NCBI GenBank assembly: GCA_015064285.1
Contig: SVSN01000003.1
Span: 28,629 to 92,628, forward strand
Length of the DNA: 64,000 nt
From: Oscillospiraceae bacterium
GTDB lineage: Bacteria > Bacillota > Clostridia > Oscillospirales > CAG-272
Direction: 5' to 3'
Shown here: positions 1 through 8,794 of the stretch, piece after piece
Position numbering within the stretch: position 1 is the first letter of the stretch
How the letters are laid out: each line of letters starts with the position of its first letter
Notes under the pieces: model-generated
Told to the model about the DNA's origin: nothing
What the model saw: only the letters and a program-made list of their open reading frames with translations
Databases searched by the model: none
Made by a program: the position numbers and the translations under genes

Positions 1-40
1 AACCTCTGACCTGTTACGTGATCAGAGGTTTTCGTTTTTT
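1..40 (+). terminator. Rho-independent terminator of a + strand gene lying upstream of the window
   Basis: aacctctga (1-9) is the exact reverse complement of tcagaggtt (22-30). It is followed by ttcgtttttt. Confidence 0.7.
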
Positions 41-112
41 ATAATATTTCTACCAATTATTCTTTGTGTTACCAGAAACTGCAAGGGAAACTGGACGGTA
101 AATTGAAATTTG

Positions 113-634
113 TCAATCGTTTCTTCCAGTGCCGTCAAATGCATTTCGCTCAACATAAGCCATCATTGTATTATTTCTCCAGGCGTGTCCTAACAATAGC
201 AACAACATAGCGGCTGCAGCGAGAATAGGTAATCTAAAAATAATACTCACTACAAGAACTGCGATAATTCCTATGCCCCAACAACTCATGGCTGCAATAT
301 GTTCTTTCAACCACTTTTTCTTAAAAAATGCTACCTTTTCCTGAAGAGTAAAGCTACTTACATTAACACCCTGCCTAAGATTTTCTTCTGCTGCGACTTT
401 GTAATCGTCTTGCGTTCGTCTCTTACCGTCCAAAAGCTCGTCGATCGTAACGCAAAACAGGTTACTCATAGATAACAGCATCTCAGACGGCGGCAAATAT
501 GTTCCTGTTTCCCAACGTGATATTGTTTTGTTTGTTACGCCTAATATTTCACCCAACTTTTCCTGAGAAAACTCGTGTTCTTTTCTAAGCTGCGCTATAA
601 ACTTTCCTATCTGAACTAAATCCATTTGATTCAC
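113..634 (-). CDS. XRE-family helix-turn-helix regulator with a C-terminal membrane segment
   Basis: The N-terminus IAQLRKEHEFSQEKLGEILGVTNKTISRWETG is a typical HTH_3 pattern. The C-terminal half is hydrophobic (IAAMSCWGIGIIAVLVVSIIFRLPILAAAAMLLLLL). Confidence 0.8.
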   Translation of the reverse strand: MNQMDLVQIGKFIAQLRKEHEFSQEKLGEILGVTNKTISRWETGTYLPPSEMLLSMSNLFCVTIDELLDGKRRTQDDYKVAAEENLRQGVNVSSFTLQEKVAFFKKKWLKEHIAAMSCWGIGIIAVLVVSIIFRLPILAAAAMLLLLLGHAWRNNTMMAYVERNAFDGTGRND

Positions 635-773
635 CTCCGAGAATAGTATAGCAAACTTTTCCTTTCATATCTTTACCATAAACAGCGAATGATTAGACAT
701 TGTATTTGAAATCGCATTTTGCTCGTCAGATTCTGATTCCCCGATGTATTATCCACAGTTCAGCAATACAATA

Positions 774-1919
774 TCAGATCAGGCCTTGTATTACAGGCTT
801 CATCCGGACAAATCGGTCGGCTTCTCCCACGGGATCCGTACACATGGTATACAGTCTGTCCGCTTTTTCCAGCCATGCATACTGCTTCTGTGCTTCCGGC
901 GGCAGCTTGTCCCGGTCGGCAGGTTTTGTCAGGATGGGAAATGCCGCTGTCTTCCGGCGCTCTTTCAGGTATTCTCTTCCCTTTGCATTGGCGGCCAAAA
1001 GTATCGTATATTCCGGTACAGGCAGCATATCCGGTTCCGGAACGGCAGTCATGGCGAACAAAGCGGTACGCCGGACTCTGGCGTCTGTGTATTTTCTGGT
1101 GGCGGCTCTTTCGAAAAAGTTCTCTCCGTCCGTACAGGCACCGGCTGTTTTCAGCAGTCTTCTGTACAGGCCGCTTTTTTCCCCGTTTTCCGCTTCTGCC
1201 GGAGCAAACAGACGAAAATACGTCCATGCCAGGGCAGCAAACCGGGACGGGCCGGTGAATACGGCATTCCGATACATCTCCGCCGTTTCTGCGGGGACAT
1301 AAGGCGTGATGTCTTCTCCTGCTGTCAGTTTTTCCCGGATTTTTGTGGCACTGATCACGGTTTCGGTATGCGGCGTACGTTTCAGAGGAGTCGGTGTGAT
1401 TCCGCATTTCTGCGCACGTATCTGACGCAGGTACCACACGGCCAGTTTGTCATTGGGTGCCAGGGAAAAACCGGCTTCTCTCGTCAGTCTGTCATGGAGA
1501 GCTGCCGCGCCCGTTTCGGGATCTGCCTTTTCAGCCGCCAGCATCTTTGTCCGGTACTCTGCCGAATCCATCCATTCCGCACAGGCATGCAGCATATCCC
1601 CTTCTCCCGTTTCACTGCCGAACGCGAGCACATCCGCGCCAAGACCTGCGGCTGCGGCAATCCCTCCGGCGGCAAAGGCTTCTCCCCCTGCGGCACACCA
1701 GGGATAGGGCAGTTCCACCACCAGATCCGCACCGTTTTCCAGCAGAATCCGTGCACGCGTGTATTTGTCCAGAACCGCCGGAATTCCCCGCTGGACGAAG
1801 TTTCCGCTCATGACAGCGGTGATAATTCCGTCATTTTGGGCGCGAACGGTATCAAAAAGGTATTTGTGCCCTCTGTGGAATGGGTTCGTTTCACAAATGA
1901 TGGCGGTATTTCGGGTCAT
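774..1919 (-). CDS. tmcAL: tRNA(Met) cytidine acetate ligase (YlbM/UPF0348 family nucleotidyltransferase)
   Basis: MTRNTAIICETNPFHRGHKYL...VMSGNFVQRG matches the NPFHxGH nucleotidyltransferase signature of TmcAL. The start is taken at the internal ATG 1919 rather than the ORF-track start 2009. Confidence 0.75.
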   Translation of the reverse strand: MTRNTAIICETNPFHRGHKYLFDTVRAQNDGIITAVMSGNFVQRGIPAVLDKYTRARILLENGADLVVELPYPWCAAGGEAFAAGGIAAAAGLGADVLAFGSETGEGDMLHACAEWMDSAEYRTKMLAAEKADPETGAAALHDRLTREAGFSLAPNDKLAVWYLRQIRAQKCGITPTPLKRTPHTETVISATKIREKLTAGEDITPYVPAETAEMYRNAVFTGPSRFAALAWTYFRLFAPAEAENGEKSGLYRRLLKTAGACTDGENFFERAATRKYTDARVRRTALFAMTAVPEPDMLPVPEYTILLAANAKGREYLKERRKTAAFPILTKPADRDKLPPEAQKQYAWLEKADRLYTMCTDPVGEADRFVRMKPVIQGLI

Positions 1920-1953
1920 TTTTTGTTTCTTCCTCTGAATCTGTAAAAACTTC

Positions 1954-1982
1954 TTGTAAATTCGGATGAAATCCTTTATAAT
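1954..1982 (+). promoter_or_regulatory. Sigma-70-type promoter for ackA
   Basis: TTGTAA (1954-1959), 17-nt spacer, TATAAT (1977-1982). It lies about 60 nt upstream of the ackA ATG. Confidence 0.55.
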
Positions 1983-2044
1983 TATATACGTTGTGCAATG
2001 TTTTGTCAAATATCATTTTAGAAATCTTTCGGAGGAAACTGTTC

Positions 2045-3259
2045 ATGAAAGTTCTTGTTGTAAACGCAGGGTCTTCTTCCCTGAAGTACCAGCTGTTTGA
2101 CACCGCTACCGAATCCGTTCTGGCCAAGGGTATCTGCGAACGTATCGGTATCGACGGCCGCCTGGAACACCGCAAGGGTGAAGACGGCGAAAAGCTGAAG
2201 GTGGAAATCCCCATGCCCGACCACGCTGTGGCCACCGAAATCGTTATCAAGTATCTGACCTGCGCTGAATACGGCGTTATCTCCAGCATGGATGAAATCG
2301 AAGCCATCGGTCACCGCGTTGTGCACGGCGGTCCTTACTTCTTCGAATCCGTTCTGCTGAACGACGATGTTCTGGCCAAGCTGGAACTGTGCCGCGACTT
2401 CGCTCCTCTGCACACCGGCGCTCACATCATGGGTATCCAGGGATGCAAGGCCGTTATGCCTGACAAGCCGCAGGTTCTGGTATTCGACACCGCTTTCCAC
2501 CAGACCATGCCCGAAGAAGCTTACACCTACGGTATCTCTGCTGAAATGGCTGAAAAGTATCACATCCGCCGTTACGGTGCGCACGGTACTTCCCACCGTT
2601 ATGTAGCCCGCGAAATGGCCAAGCTGCTGGACAAGCCCGTAGAAGAAACCAAGATCATCACCTGCCACATCGGCAACGGTTCCTCTATCTCCGCTGTTAA
2701 GGGCGGCAAGTGCATTGACACCTCCATGGGTCTGACTCCCCTGGAAGGCGTTATGATGGGTACCCGCTGCGGTTCCATCGACCCCGCTATCGTTCCCTTC
2801 CTGATGGAACGGGAAGGCTGGACTCCCGCACAGGCTGACGCTTACATGAACAAGCAGTGCGGTTTCCTGGGCGTATCCGGTATTTCCTCTGACAGCCGCG
2901 ATATCGAAGCTGCTATCCTGCAGGGCGACAAGAATGCTCACCGTGCAGCATTTACGCTGGCTTACCAGATCAAGAAGTACATCGGTTCCTACACCGCAGC
3001 CATGGACGGCGTTGACGCTATCGTATGGACTGCCGGTATGGGTGAAAACAACACCGAACTCCGTGAAAGAGCCTGCTCCGGTCTGGAATTCTTCGGTATC
3101 AAGATCGACAACGAACTGAACGCCAAGATCCACCACCAGCCCAACACTGTGGAAATCTCCACTGCCGATTCCAAGGTTAAGGTATACGTTCTGCCCACCA
3201 ACGAAGAGCTGATGATCGCTTCCGATACCGAAGAAATCGTTAAGAACCTGAACAAGTAA
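2045..3259 (+). CDS. ackA: Acetate kinase
   Basis: MKVLVVNAGSSSLKYQLFD is the canonical acetate kinase N-terminus, and the ORF has full length. The GGAGG RBS lies just upstream at about 2031-2035. Confidence 0.95.
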   Translation: MKVLVVNAGSSSLKYQLFDTATESVLAKGICERIGIDGRLEHRKGEDGEKLKVEIPMPDHAVATEIVIKYLTCAEYGVISSMDEIEAIGHRVVHGGPYFFESVLLNDDVLAKLELCRDFAPLHTGAHIMGIQGCKAVMPDKPQVLVFDTAFHQTMPEEAYTYGISAEMAEKYHIRRYGAHGTSHRYVAREMAKLLDKPVEETKIITCHIGNGSSISAVKGGKCIDTSMGLTPLEGVMMGTRCGSIDPAIVPFLMEREGWTPAQADAYMNKQCGFLGVSGISSDSRDIEAAILQGDKNAHRAAFTLAYQIKKYIGSYTAAMDGVDAIVWTAGMGENNTELRERACSGLEFFGIKIDNELNAKIHHQPNTVEISTADSKVKVYVLPTNEELMIASDTEEIVKNLNK

Positions 3260-3277
3260 TTCCATTACAATACAAAG

Positions 3278-3318
3278 CAAACCGTCCTGTTTTCCGACAG
3301 ACGGTTTGTTTTTGTTTC
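3278..3318 (+). terminator. Intrinsic terminator after ackA
   Basis: caaaccgtc (3278-3286) pairs with gacggtttg (3300-3308), followed by tttttgtttcg. Confidence 0.8.
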
Positions 3319-3434
3319 GTGGTGTTTTTTTACCATTCAAGGACTATTTTGACATGAATTACGGAACATCTATTGCATCCCCTGTATTTTTTTGATATAG
3401 TAGAAACACAAAGTTTTTGGCAAAAGGAGGCCGC

Positions 3435-4280
3435 ATGGAACTGTATCATCTGGATTTCCACTCCCTGCCTGTTATGACATACGCCATGTTTCATGAAACA
3501 GAGGCGTTGGATTTCCGGCACAAGCTGGATAAGCGTCATATCGAACTTGGATATATGCTGAAAGGATCAGGCACTGTGCAGGCGGAGGGCGGCAAGATTC
3601 TGCCGGTAACGCAGGACTGTGTCATAGTGGAAGTGCACGACCGTTATCACAGTTTCCGCTGTCAGAATTATCACAGCGAATACTGTATTCATTTCACTGT
3701 AAACTATTCCCTCCTGGAAGAAGGCGGCCTGATACTGCCCAGGGTTCTGCCGCTGAAAACACCTGACAACTCCATCCGGCAGAAATTCGCGGATCTGGCA
3801 GCTCAGTATGCAATGGTTTTGCGTTCTTCCTTGGCAGATGCCATGCTGCTGCAGCTGCTGGGAGACATCTCGGTTACTGCACAGCACCAGACAAAGGAAC
3901 AGGTCTACAGTCAGGCATGGTATGTGCAGCGCATCAAAAAATATGTGGCGGAGAATCTGGATTCCGGACTGCAGTTCTCCGATATCTCAGACCACCTGAA
4001 CATCACGCCAGCTTATCTCAGCCGTCTTTTTCACAAAGCCGAAGGAATCACGCTGATCACTTATATCAACCGGCTCCGTATGCAGAAGGTGGAAGATCTG
4101 GTTCTGCATCATAATCTCAGTCTGAAAGAAGCTGGAAATCTTGTGGGGCTGAACGATCCCAACTATGTGAGCCGTCTGTTCCGCCGTGTTAAAGGCTACA
4201 GCATCACCCAGCTCCGCCACCGGTACATCGAACAAACCTGCGGCATAAATAAATCGTCTAAAATTCCTGATAACACATAA
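3435..4280 (+). CDS. AraC-family transcriptional regulator (module 1)
   Basis: The C-terminal dual HTH (ITPAYLSRLFHKAEGITLITYINRLRMQKVEDLVL...SLKEAGNLVGLNDPNYVSRLFRRVKGYS) is AraC/XylS type. AGGAGG lies 4 nt before ATG 3435. Confidence 0.85.
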   Translation: MELYHLDFHSLPVMTYAMFHETEALDFRHKLDKRHIELGYMLKGSGTVQAEGGKILPVTQDCVIVEVHDRYHSFRCQNYHSEYCIHFTVNYSLLEEGGLILPRVLPLKTPDNSIRQKFADLAAQYAMVLRSSLADAMLLQLLGDISVTAQHQTKEQVYSQAWYVQRIKKYVAENLDSGLQFSDISDHLNITPAYLSRLFHKAEGITLITYINRLRMQKVEDLVLHHNLSLKEAGNLVGLNDPNYVSRLFRRVKGYSITQLRHRYIEQTCGINKSSKIPDNT

Positions 4281-4294
4281 AAGGAGAATATATT

Positions 4295-5779
4295 ATGAAA
4301 ATCTGCAAGATTACAACACTGCTTCTGCTGCTGTCCATGATCACCGGTATGGCAGCCGGATGCGGCGAAACCGTACAGGAAACAGAAACCTCTGCAGATA
4401 CTGCGGAAACGGAAACCGCACCGACAGAGACAGAACTTACCACCGCTTTACCGGCGGATCTGGATTTCGGCGGAGAATCCGTGACCATCCACGCCAGAGG
4501 AGATGACGACAGTTTTCTGGAAGTATATACGGAAGAACTGAACGGTGATGTACTCAACGACGCCATCTACAACCGTAACGCAGCCGTGGAAGAACTGCTG
4601 AACGTGGATATCATCGGGTACCGCGGCGGCGGCTGGCAGACCTATTATAACGGCAACAGCGACGTACCCAAAATCAAGGCATCCATTACCGCCGGCGACA
4701 ATGCATACCAGTGCATCTCAGGCTGGAACTCCCGTATTTCTTCCCTGGCTATGGAAGGCTATCTCCACGACCTGAATGACAAACCCTATCTGGATCTGGG
4801 ACAACCCTGGTGGAACCAGACCTCCAGAGAAGGACTGACGATCGTTGGAAAAAACTTCTTTGTCACCGGCGACATCAGCTTCCTGACAACTCTGGGCGGT
4901 TCCTATGTGCTGTTCCTCAATGATACTGTAGCGGAAAACTACGGCATCACTGGTCTTGTGGATACGGTTCTGGAAGGCAACTGGACCATGGATGCCATGA
5001 TCGAAGCAACTTCCAAGGTATACGATGACCTGGACGGTAACGGTACCATGAATGAAAGCGACCGGTACGGCTTTATCATCGACTACGATAACAGCGGCGA
5101 CTCCTTCTACACCTCCGCTGATATTCACCAGATCGACGTGGATGAAAAGGGATATCCCACCTTTGCACCTCAGCAGGAACGGGTAAGCACTCTCTGGGAC
5201 AAGCTTTCCGCCTATTATTATAACGGCAGTCTGGTAGGTTCCATGTACCAGAAAAGTGCAGACATCCAGTGTGATATGTTCAAGAACGGTCTGGCACTGA
5301 TGATCCAGAGAGAACTGGACAATGCGCGCACCTATTTCCGCGACATGGACGACAGCTTCACCATTCTGCCCTACCCCAAGCTGGATGCGCAGCAGGATCA
5401 GTACTATACCAATGCCACCACCGGCGTATCCATCTGGTGCGTTCCTGCCGACAACAAGGCTGTGGATACCGCCTGTGCTGTGATGGAAGCCATGGCGTAT
5501 GAAACCTGGAAGAACGTAACCCCCGCCTACTTTGAAACCTGTATGCAGGGAAAATACGCACGCAGCGAAGAAACCGTTGCCATGCTTGAACTCGTAAGAA
5601 ACGGTGTTGTGGTAACCCGTGAATATATCTACAGCCCCTATTTCGGTTCTGCTGAAAAGATTATCATGAAGCTCTCCGGCGACGAGAATCTGCAGATTGC
5701 ATCCTGGTATGCTTCTAATACACAGTCCATTGAACAAACGGTTGAAAACACTGTGGCTCTGCTGGAAGAAATGCAGTAA
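4295..5779 (+). CDS. Extracellular solute-binding-type lipoprotein (LplA/CUT1-like, paralog 1)
   Basis: Lipoprotein signal MKICKITTLLLLLSMITGMAAGC, followed by an acidic T/E-rich linker. The motifs NDAIYNRN, PWWNQ and DLDGNGTMNESDRYGF are recalled from large sugar-binding proteins. The family call is from memory and was not searched. Confidence 0.65.
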   Translation: MKICKITTLLLLLSMITGMAAGCGETVQETETSADTAETETAPTETELTTALPADLDFGGESVTIHARGDDDSFLEVYTEELNGDVLNDAIYNRNAAVEELLNVDIIGYRGGGWQTYYNGNSDVPKIKASITAGDNAYQCISGWNSRISSLAMEGYLHDLNDKPYLDLGQPWWNQTSREGLTIVGKNFFVTGDISFLTTLGGSYVLFLNDTVAENYGITGLVDTVLEGNWTMDAMIEATSKVYDDLDGNGTMNESDRYGFIIDYDNSGDSFYTSADIHQIDVDEKGYPTFAPQQERVSTLWDKLSAYYYNGSLVGSMYQKSADIQCDMFKNGLALMIQRELDNARTYFRDMDDSFTILPYPKLDAQQDQYYTNATTGVSIWCVPADNKAVDTACAVMEAMAYETWKNVTPAYFETCMQGKYARSEETVAMLELVRNGVVVTREYIYSPYFGSAEKIIMKLSGDENLQIASWYASNTQSIEQTVENTVALLEEMQ

Positions 5780-5797
5780 AAATACCCAAAAGACATG

Positions 5798-5827
5798 AAA
5801 CGTCCGACCTCTGCCGGGCGTTTTTTT
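5798..5827 (+). terminator. Probable intrinsic terminator after SBP paralog 1
   Basis: cgtccg (5801-5806) pairs with cgggcg (5815-5820), one G-U pair, followed by a run of seven T. Confidence 0.55.
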
Positions 5828-5896
5828 GCTGTCCGTTTCCATCATCGAATCTTTTGATAGATTTGGACATTTTTGATTTTTTCTGTACATACACAC

Positions 5897-5925
5897 TTGC
5901 AAAATCCCCGGTTATTTGCTATAGT
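5897..5925 (+). promoter_or_regulatory. Sigma-70-type promoter for AraC module 2
   Basis: TTGCAA (5897-5902), 17-nt spacer, TATAGT (5920-5925). Confidence 0.55.
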
Positions 5926-5959
5926 ATAGGTATACCGTACGTATTTTCGTACAAAGGAG

Positions 5960-6775
5960 ATGTTATCCATAGACTACCATCTTGATTTTCATGCTATACC
6001 GCAAGTAACATATTCTCATATTTATGAAGCTTCCTCAGTAGACTATACCCATATGCTCGGTGCAGATGTTGTTGAACTCTCGTATATTTATGAAGGATAT
6101 GTATATGCCCAGGCAGAAGGAGAGGACGAAATTTATCTTCCGGCAAACAGCGTTCTGGTGGAAGTGCATGACCGTTTGCACCGTGTATACTGTCCGGAGC
6201 ATTACAAGGAGGCCAACTGTATTTTCCGCGTACCTCTCACACAACTGCAGTCAGGGGGACTTGTGCTTCCCCGTTCGCTGACTCTGGATGGTCCGGACAA
6301 TCCGATCAGTCTGTATTTCCGTCAGATGGTAACACAGTTTGCTGCTGCACCGAATTCTCCCGCAACAACAGCCCTGCTTTTTCAGCTTCTGGGGGAGATT
6401 TCCGCAGCCGCCTGTGAACAGCATCTGAAAAAAACACTGGGCGGCGAGCTGCACGTCCGGAAAGCAAAAAAGTATGTGGCAGAGCATCTTCACATGCCCC
6501 TGCAGGCTATGGACGTAGCTGCAGCTCTGGACATATCCGCAAGTCATCCGAGCCGACTGTTCCGCCGGAACACCGGAATGACCCTGATCGGTTATATCAA
6601 CAGACTGCGGATGGAACGTGTAGAAAAGCTGATTCTTCTGCACAGTATGGATATCCGTTCCGCAGGAGAACAGGTGGGACTGTATGACCCTGCTTATGTC
6701 AGTCGGCTTTTTAAACGGATTATGGGATATTGTATCACAGATCTTCGGCAGAGCCATATACTTCATGGCAACTGA
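5960..6775 (+). CDS. AraC-family transcriptional regulator (module 2, paralog of 3435-4280)
   Basis: It aligns by eye with module 1 along its length (DYHLDFHAIPQVTY vs LYHLDFHSLPVMTY; LVEVHDRLHRVYC vs IVEVHDRYHSFRC; GYINRLRMERVEKL vs TYINRLRMQKVEDL). The start is uncertain because the SD abuts the ATG. Confidence 0.8.
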   Translation: MLSIDYHLDFHAIPQVTYSHIYEASSVDYTHMLGADVVELSYIYEGYVYAQAEGEDEIYLPANSVLVEVHDRLHRVYCPEHYKEANCIFRVPLTQLQSGGLVLPRSLTLDGPDNPISLYFRQMVTQFAAAPNSPATTALLFQLLGEISAAACEQHLKKTLGGELHVRKAKKYVAEHLHMPLQAMDVAAALDISASHPSRLFRRNTGMTLIGYINRLRMERVEKLILLHSMDIRSAGEQVGLYDPAYVSRLFKRIMGYCITDLRQSHILHGN

Positions 6776-6828
6776 ATCCTGCATACTATTATTTAATAAA
6801 TCAATTATATACAAGAAAGGAATCTCTC

Positions 6829-8313
6829 ATGAAAAAGCATCTTGCCACTCTGCTAGCTCTTCTGCTGGCTTCTTCTTCCCTGCTGGTATCCTGCGGGGGA
6901 GCGGAAAGTGCCGAAACAGAATCTGTAATCGATACTTCTCCTGCTGAAACCGAACCCGAAGACACGGCGCTGAAGAGTGCCCTTCCGGCAGATCTGGATT
7001 TTGACGGTGCCACTGTATTGATTCATGCCAGAGGTGATGACAACAGCTGGCTGGAGGTCCAGGCGGAGGAATCGACCGGCGAAGTTCTGAACGATTCCAT
7101 CTATAACCGCAACCTGAAAGTATCTGAACAGCTCAACGCGGATGTCCGTGGTTACCGTGGTCAGGGCTGGGCTACTTACTGGGATTCCACCAGCGATATC
7201 AACATGCTCAAGACCTCCATCACAGCCGGTGACAATGCTTTCCAGTGTATTGCCGGATGGAACACTTTCATTGTGCCGTTGGCGCTGGAAAACTATTTCC
7301 ATGATCTGTATGATGCTCCTTATCTGGATCTGGAAAAACCCTGGTGGAACCAATCTGCATCTCAGACGCTGACCATGGGTGGCAAACGCCATTTCGTTAC
7401 CGGCGATATCAGCATTCTGACCATGCTGGGCGGCGCTTATGTTATGTTTGCCAACGACAAAGTCGCTGAGGACAATGGTATCGGTTCCCTTGCTGATATG
7501 GTCAGAGAAGGAACCTGGACTATTGACAATATGAGAGCGATCACCCAGATCCTTTACAATGACCTGGACGGCAACGGAACCATGGACGACAAGGACAGCT
7601 ATGGATTCATTACCGACACCTATAACTCCGCCGACAGCTGGTACACGGCTGCCGATATCCATCAGATCGAGCTGGATGATACGGTCCTGCCTGTATTTGT
7701 TCCGCAGCAGGAAAAGGTTTCCGGTCTGATCGACAAGACCTTTGACTTCTGGCACAACGGCAGTGTTTCCGGCGCATACTGTACAGACGCAGATACCCAG
7801 TGTGTCATGTTCAAAAACAATCAGGCACTGCTGATCCAGCGGGAACTGGACAATGCGCGCACCTATTTCCGTGACATGGAAGACAGCTATACCCTGCTGC
7901 CGTTCCCCAAGTACGATGAACAGCAGGCAAACTACATTAGTGCTGCATATAACGGTGCCACCCTGTGGTGTGTTCCGGTTGACAACCCGGATGTGGACAT
8001 TGCCTGTGCCGTTATGGAAGCCCTGGCGTACGAGACCTTCACCAATGTAACCCCTGTATATTTTGAGACCTGTCTCCAGACAAAGGTTGCCCGAAACAAT
8101 GATACCATTGAAATGCTGACTATCATCCGTGACGGCTGTTGTCTGGACGTGGAATATCTGTACAACTCCGTTCTCGGCAAGACCAATCAGGTTATGCGTG
8201 ATCTTGTTGTTACCAAGAAGAGCAACAATGTGGCATCCTGGTATGCATCCAACGAACAGAAGATCCAATCCACCATTGAAACTACCATTGGCACACTGCA
8301 GGAGATGCACTAA
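6829..8313 (+). CDS. Extracellular solute-binding-type lipoprotein (paralog 2)
   Basis: Lipoprotein signal MKKHLATLLALLLASSSLLVSC. It is closely similar to paralog 1 (ALPADLDFDGATVLIHARGDD vs ALPADLDFGGESVTIHARGDD; LIQRELDNARTYFRDM is identical in both). Confidence 0.65.
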   Translation: MKKHLATLLALLLASSSLLVSCGGAESAETESVIDTSPAETEPEDTALKSALPADLDFDGATVLIHARGDDNSWLEVQAEESTGEVLNDSIYNRNLKVSEQLNADVRGYRGQGWATYWDSTSDINMLKTSITAGDNAFQCIAGWNTFIVPLALENYFHDLYDAPYLDLEKPWWNQSASQTLTMGGKRHFVTGDISILTMLGGAYVMFANDKVAEDNGIGSLADMVREGTWTIDNMRAITQILYNDLDGNGTMDDKDSYGFITDTYNSADSWYTAADIHQIELDDTVLPVFVPQQEKVSGLIDKTFDFWHNGSVSGAYCTDADTQCVMFKNNQALLIQRELDNARTYFRDMEDSYTLLPFPKYDEQQANYISAAYNGATLWCVPVDNPDVDIACAVMEALAYETFTNVTPVYFETCLQTKVARNNDTIEMLTIIRDGCCLDVEYLYNSVLGKTNQVMRDLVVTKKSNNVASWYASNEQKIQSTIETTIGTLQEMH

Positions 8314-8732
8314 TGGCGAGCGGAACCAACTACAATCTGATCGTTGTGTTTTCTCCGGATAAGACAAAACTGCTCATGTGCCGCCGGCTGAAGGAACCTT
8401 ACCTGGGTTTATCCAATTTTGTGGGCGGAAAGATTGAAGAAGGGGAAGACGGACTGGATGCTGCGTACCGGGAACTTTGTGAAGAGACCGCTGTGACCAG
8501 GGAGCAGATCCGGCTGACTCATCTGATGGACTTCTTTTATGTTCTGACTCCCTGCCGTGTGGAAGTATACGTTGGCAGACTGAAAGAAGATACAGCAGTT
8601 CACGGGGATGAAAACAAACTGTACTGGTCGGATCTGGAACATGATTTCTTTGACATGACAAAGTATGCCGGGGAAGGCAATATCGGACATATTCTGGAGC
8701 ATGTGAAGATGTATCCGGAGCTGCTGGACTGA
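8313..8732 (+). CDS. NUDIX hydrolase
   Basis: The Nudix box GGKIEEGEDGLDAAYRELCEETAV fits GX5EX7REUXEEXGU. The ATG overlaps the SBP stop codon as TAATG (8311-8315). Confidence 0.8.
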   Translation: MASGTNYNLIVVFSPDKTKLLMCRRLKEPYLGLSNFVGGKIEEGEDGLDAAYRELCEETAVTREQIRLTHLMDFFYVLTPCRVEVYVGRLKEDTAVHGDENKLYWSDLEHDFFDMTKYAGEGNIGHILEHVKMYPELLD

Positions 8733-8735
8733 CGC

Positions 8736-8781
8736 AAAAAAGCGTAAGATACCTGAAAACGGGTATGCTTACGCTTTTTCT
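8736..8781. terminator. Bidirectional terminator between the NUDIX gene and rqcH
   Basis: agcgtaag (8741-8748) pairs with cttacgct (8768-8775), with an inner atacc/ggtat pairing. An A-run precedes the hairpin and a T-run follows it. Confidence 0.75.
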
Positions 8782-8794
8782 TTTGTATGTGCGT

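Noticed and set aside
700-1946. Plus-strand ORFs (200 aa and 400 aa) overlapping the tmcAL region.
   Set aside because: They are antisense to a gene with the clear NPFHRGH nucleotidyltransferase motif. Their translations are Arg/Cys/Ser-rich and not protein-like.
2058-2072. A cre-like sequence, ttgtaaacgcagggt, just inside the ackA coding region (CcpA site?).
   Set aside because: It has one mismatch to the WTGNAANCGNWNNCW consensus at a conserved C. It also lies inside the ORF, so it cannot be supported from sequence alone.
2018-3340. A 440-aa minus-strand ORF antisense to ackA. Analogous long antisense ORFs occur at 4718-5902, 6853-8367, 8765-10609, 12376-13368, 13423-14595, 15355-16785, 20990-22549, 24857-26137, 26098-27363, 27787-29091, 30197-31921, 42710-44755, 44598-46061, 45853-47172 and 52853-53971.
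   Set aside because: Each one mirrors a well-supported gene on the opposite strand and gives low-complexity protein. All are treated as shadow ORFs.
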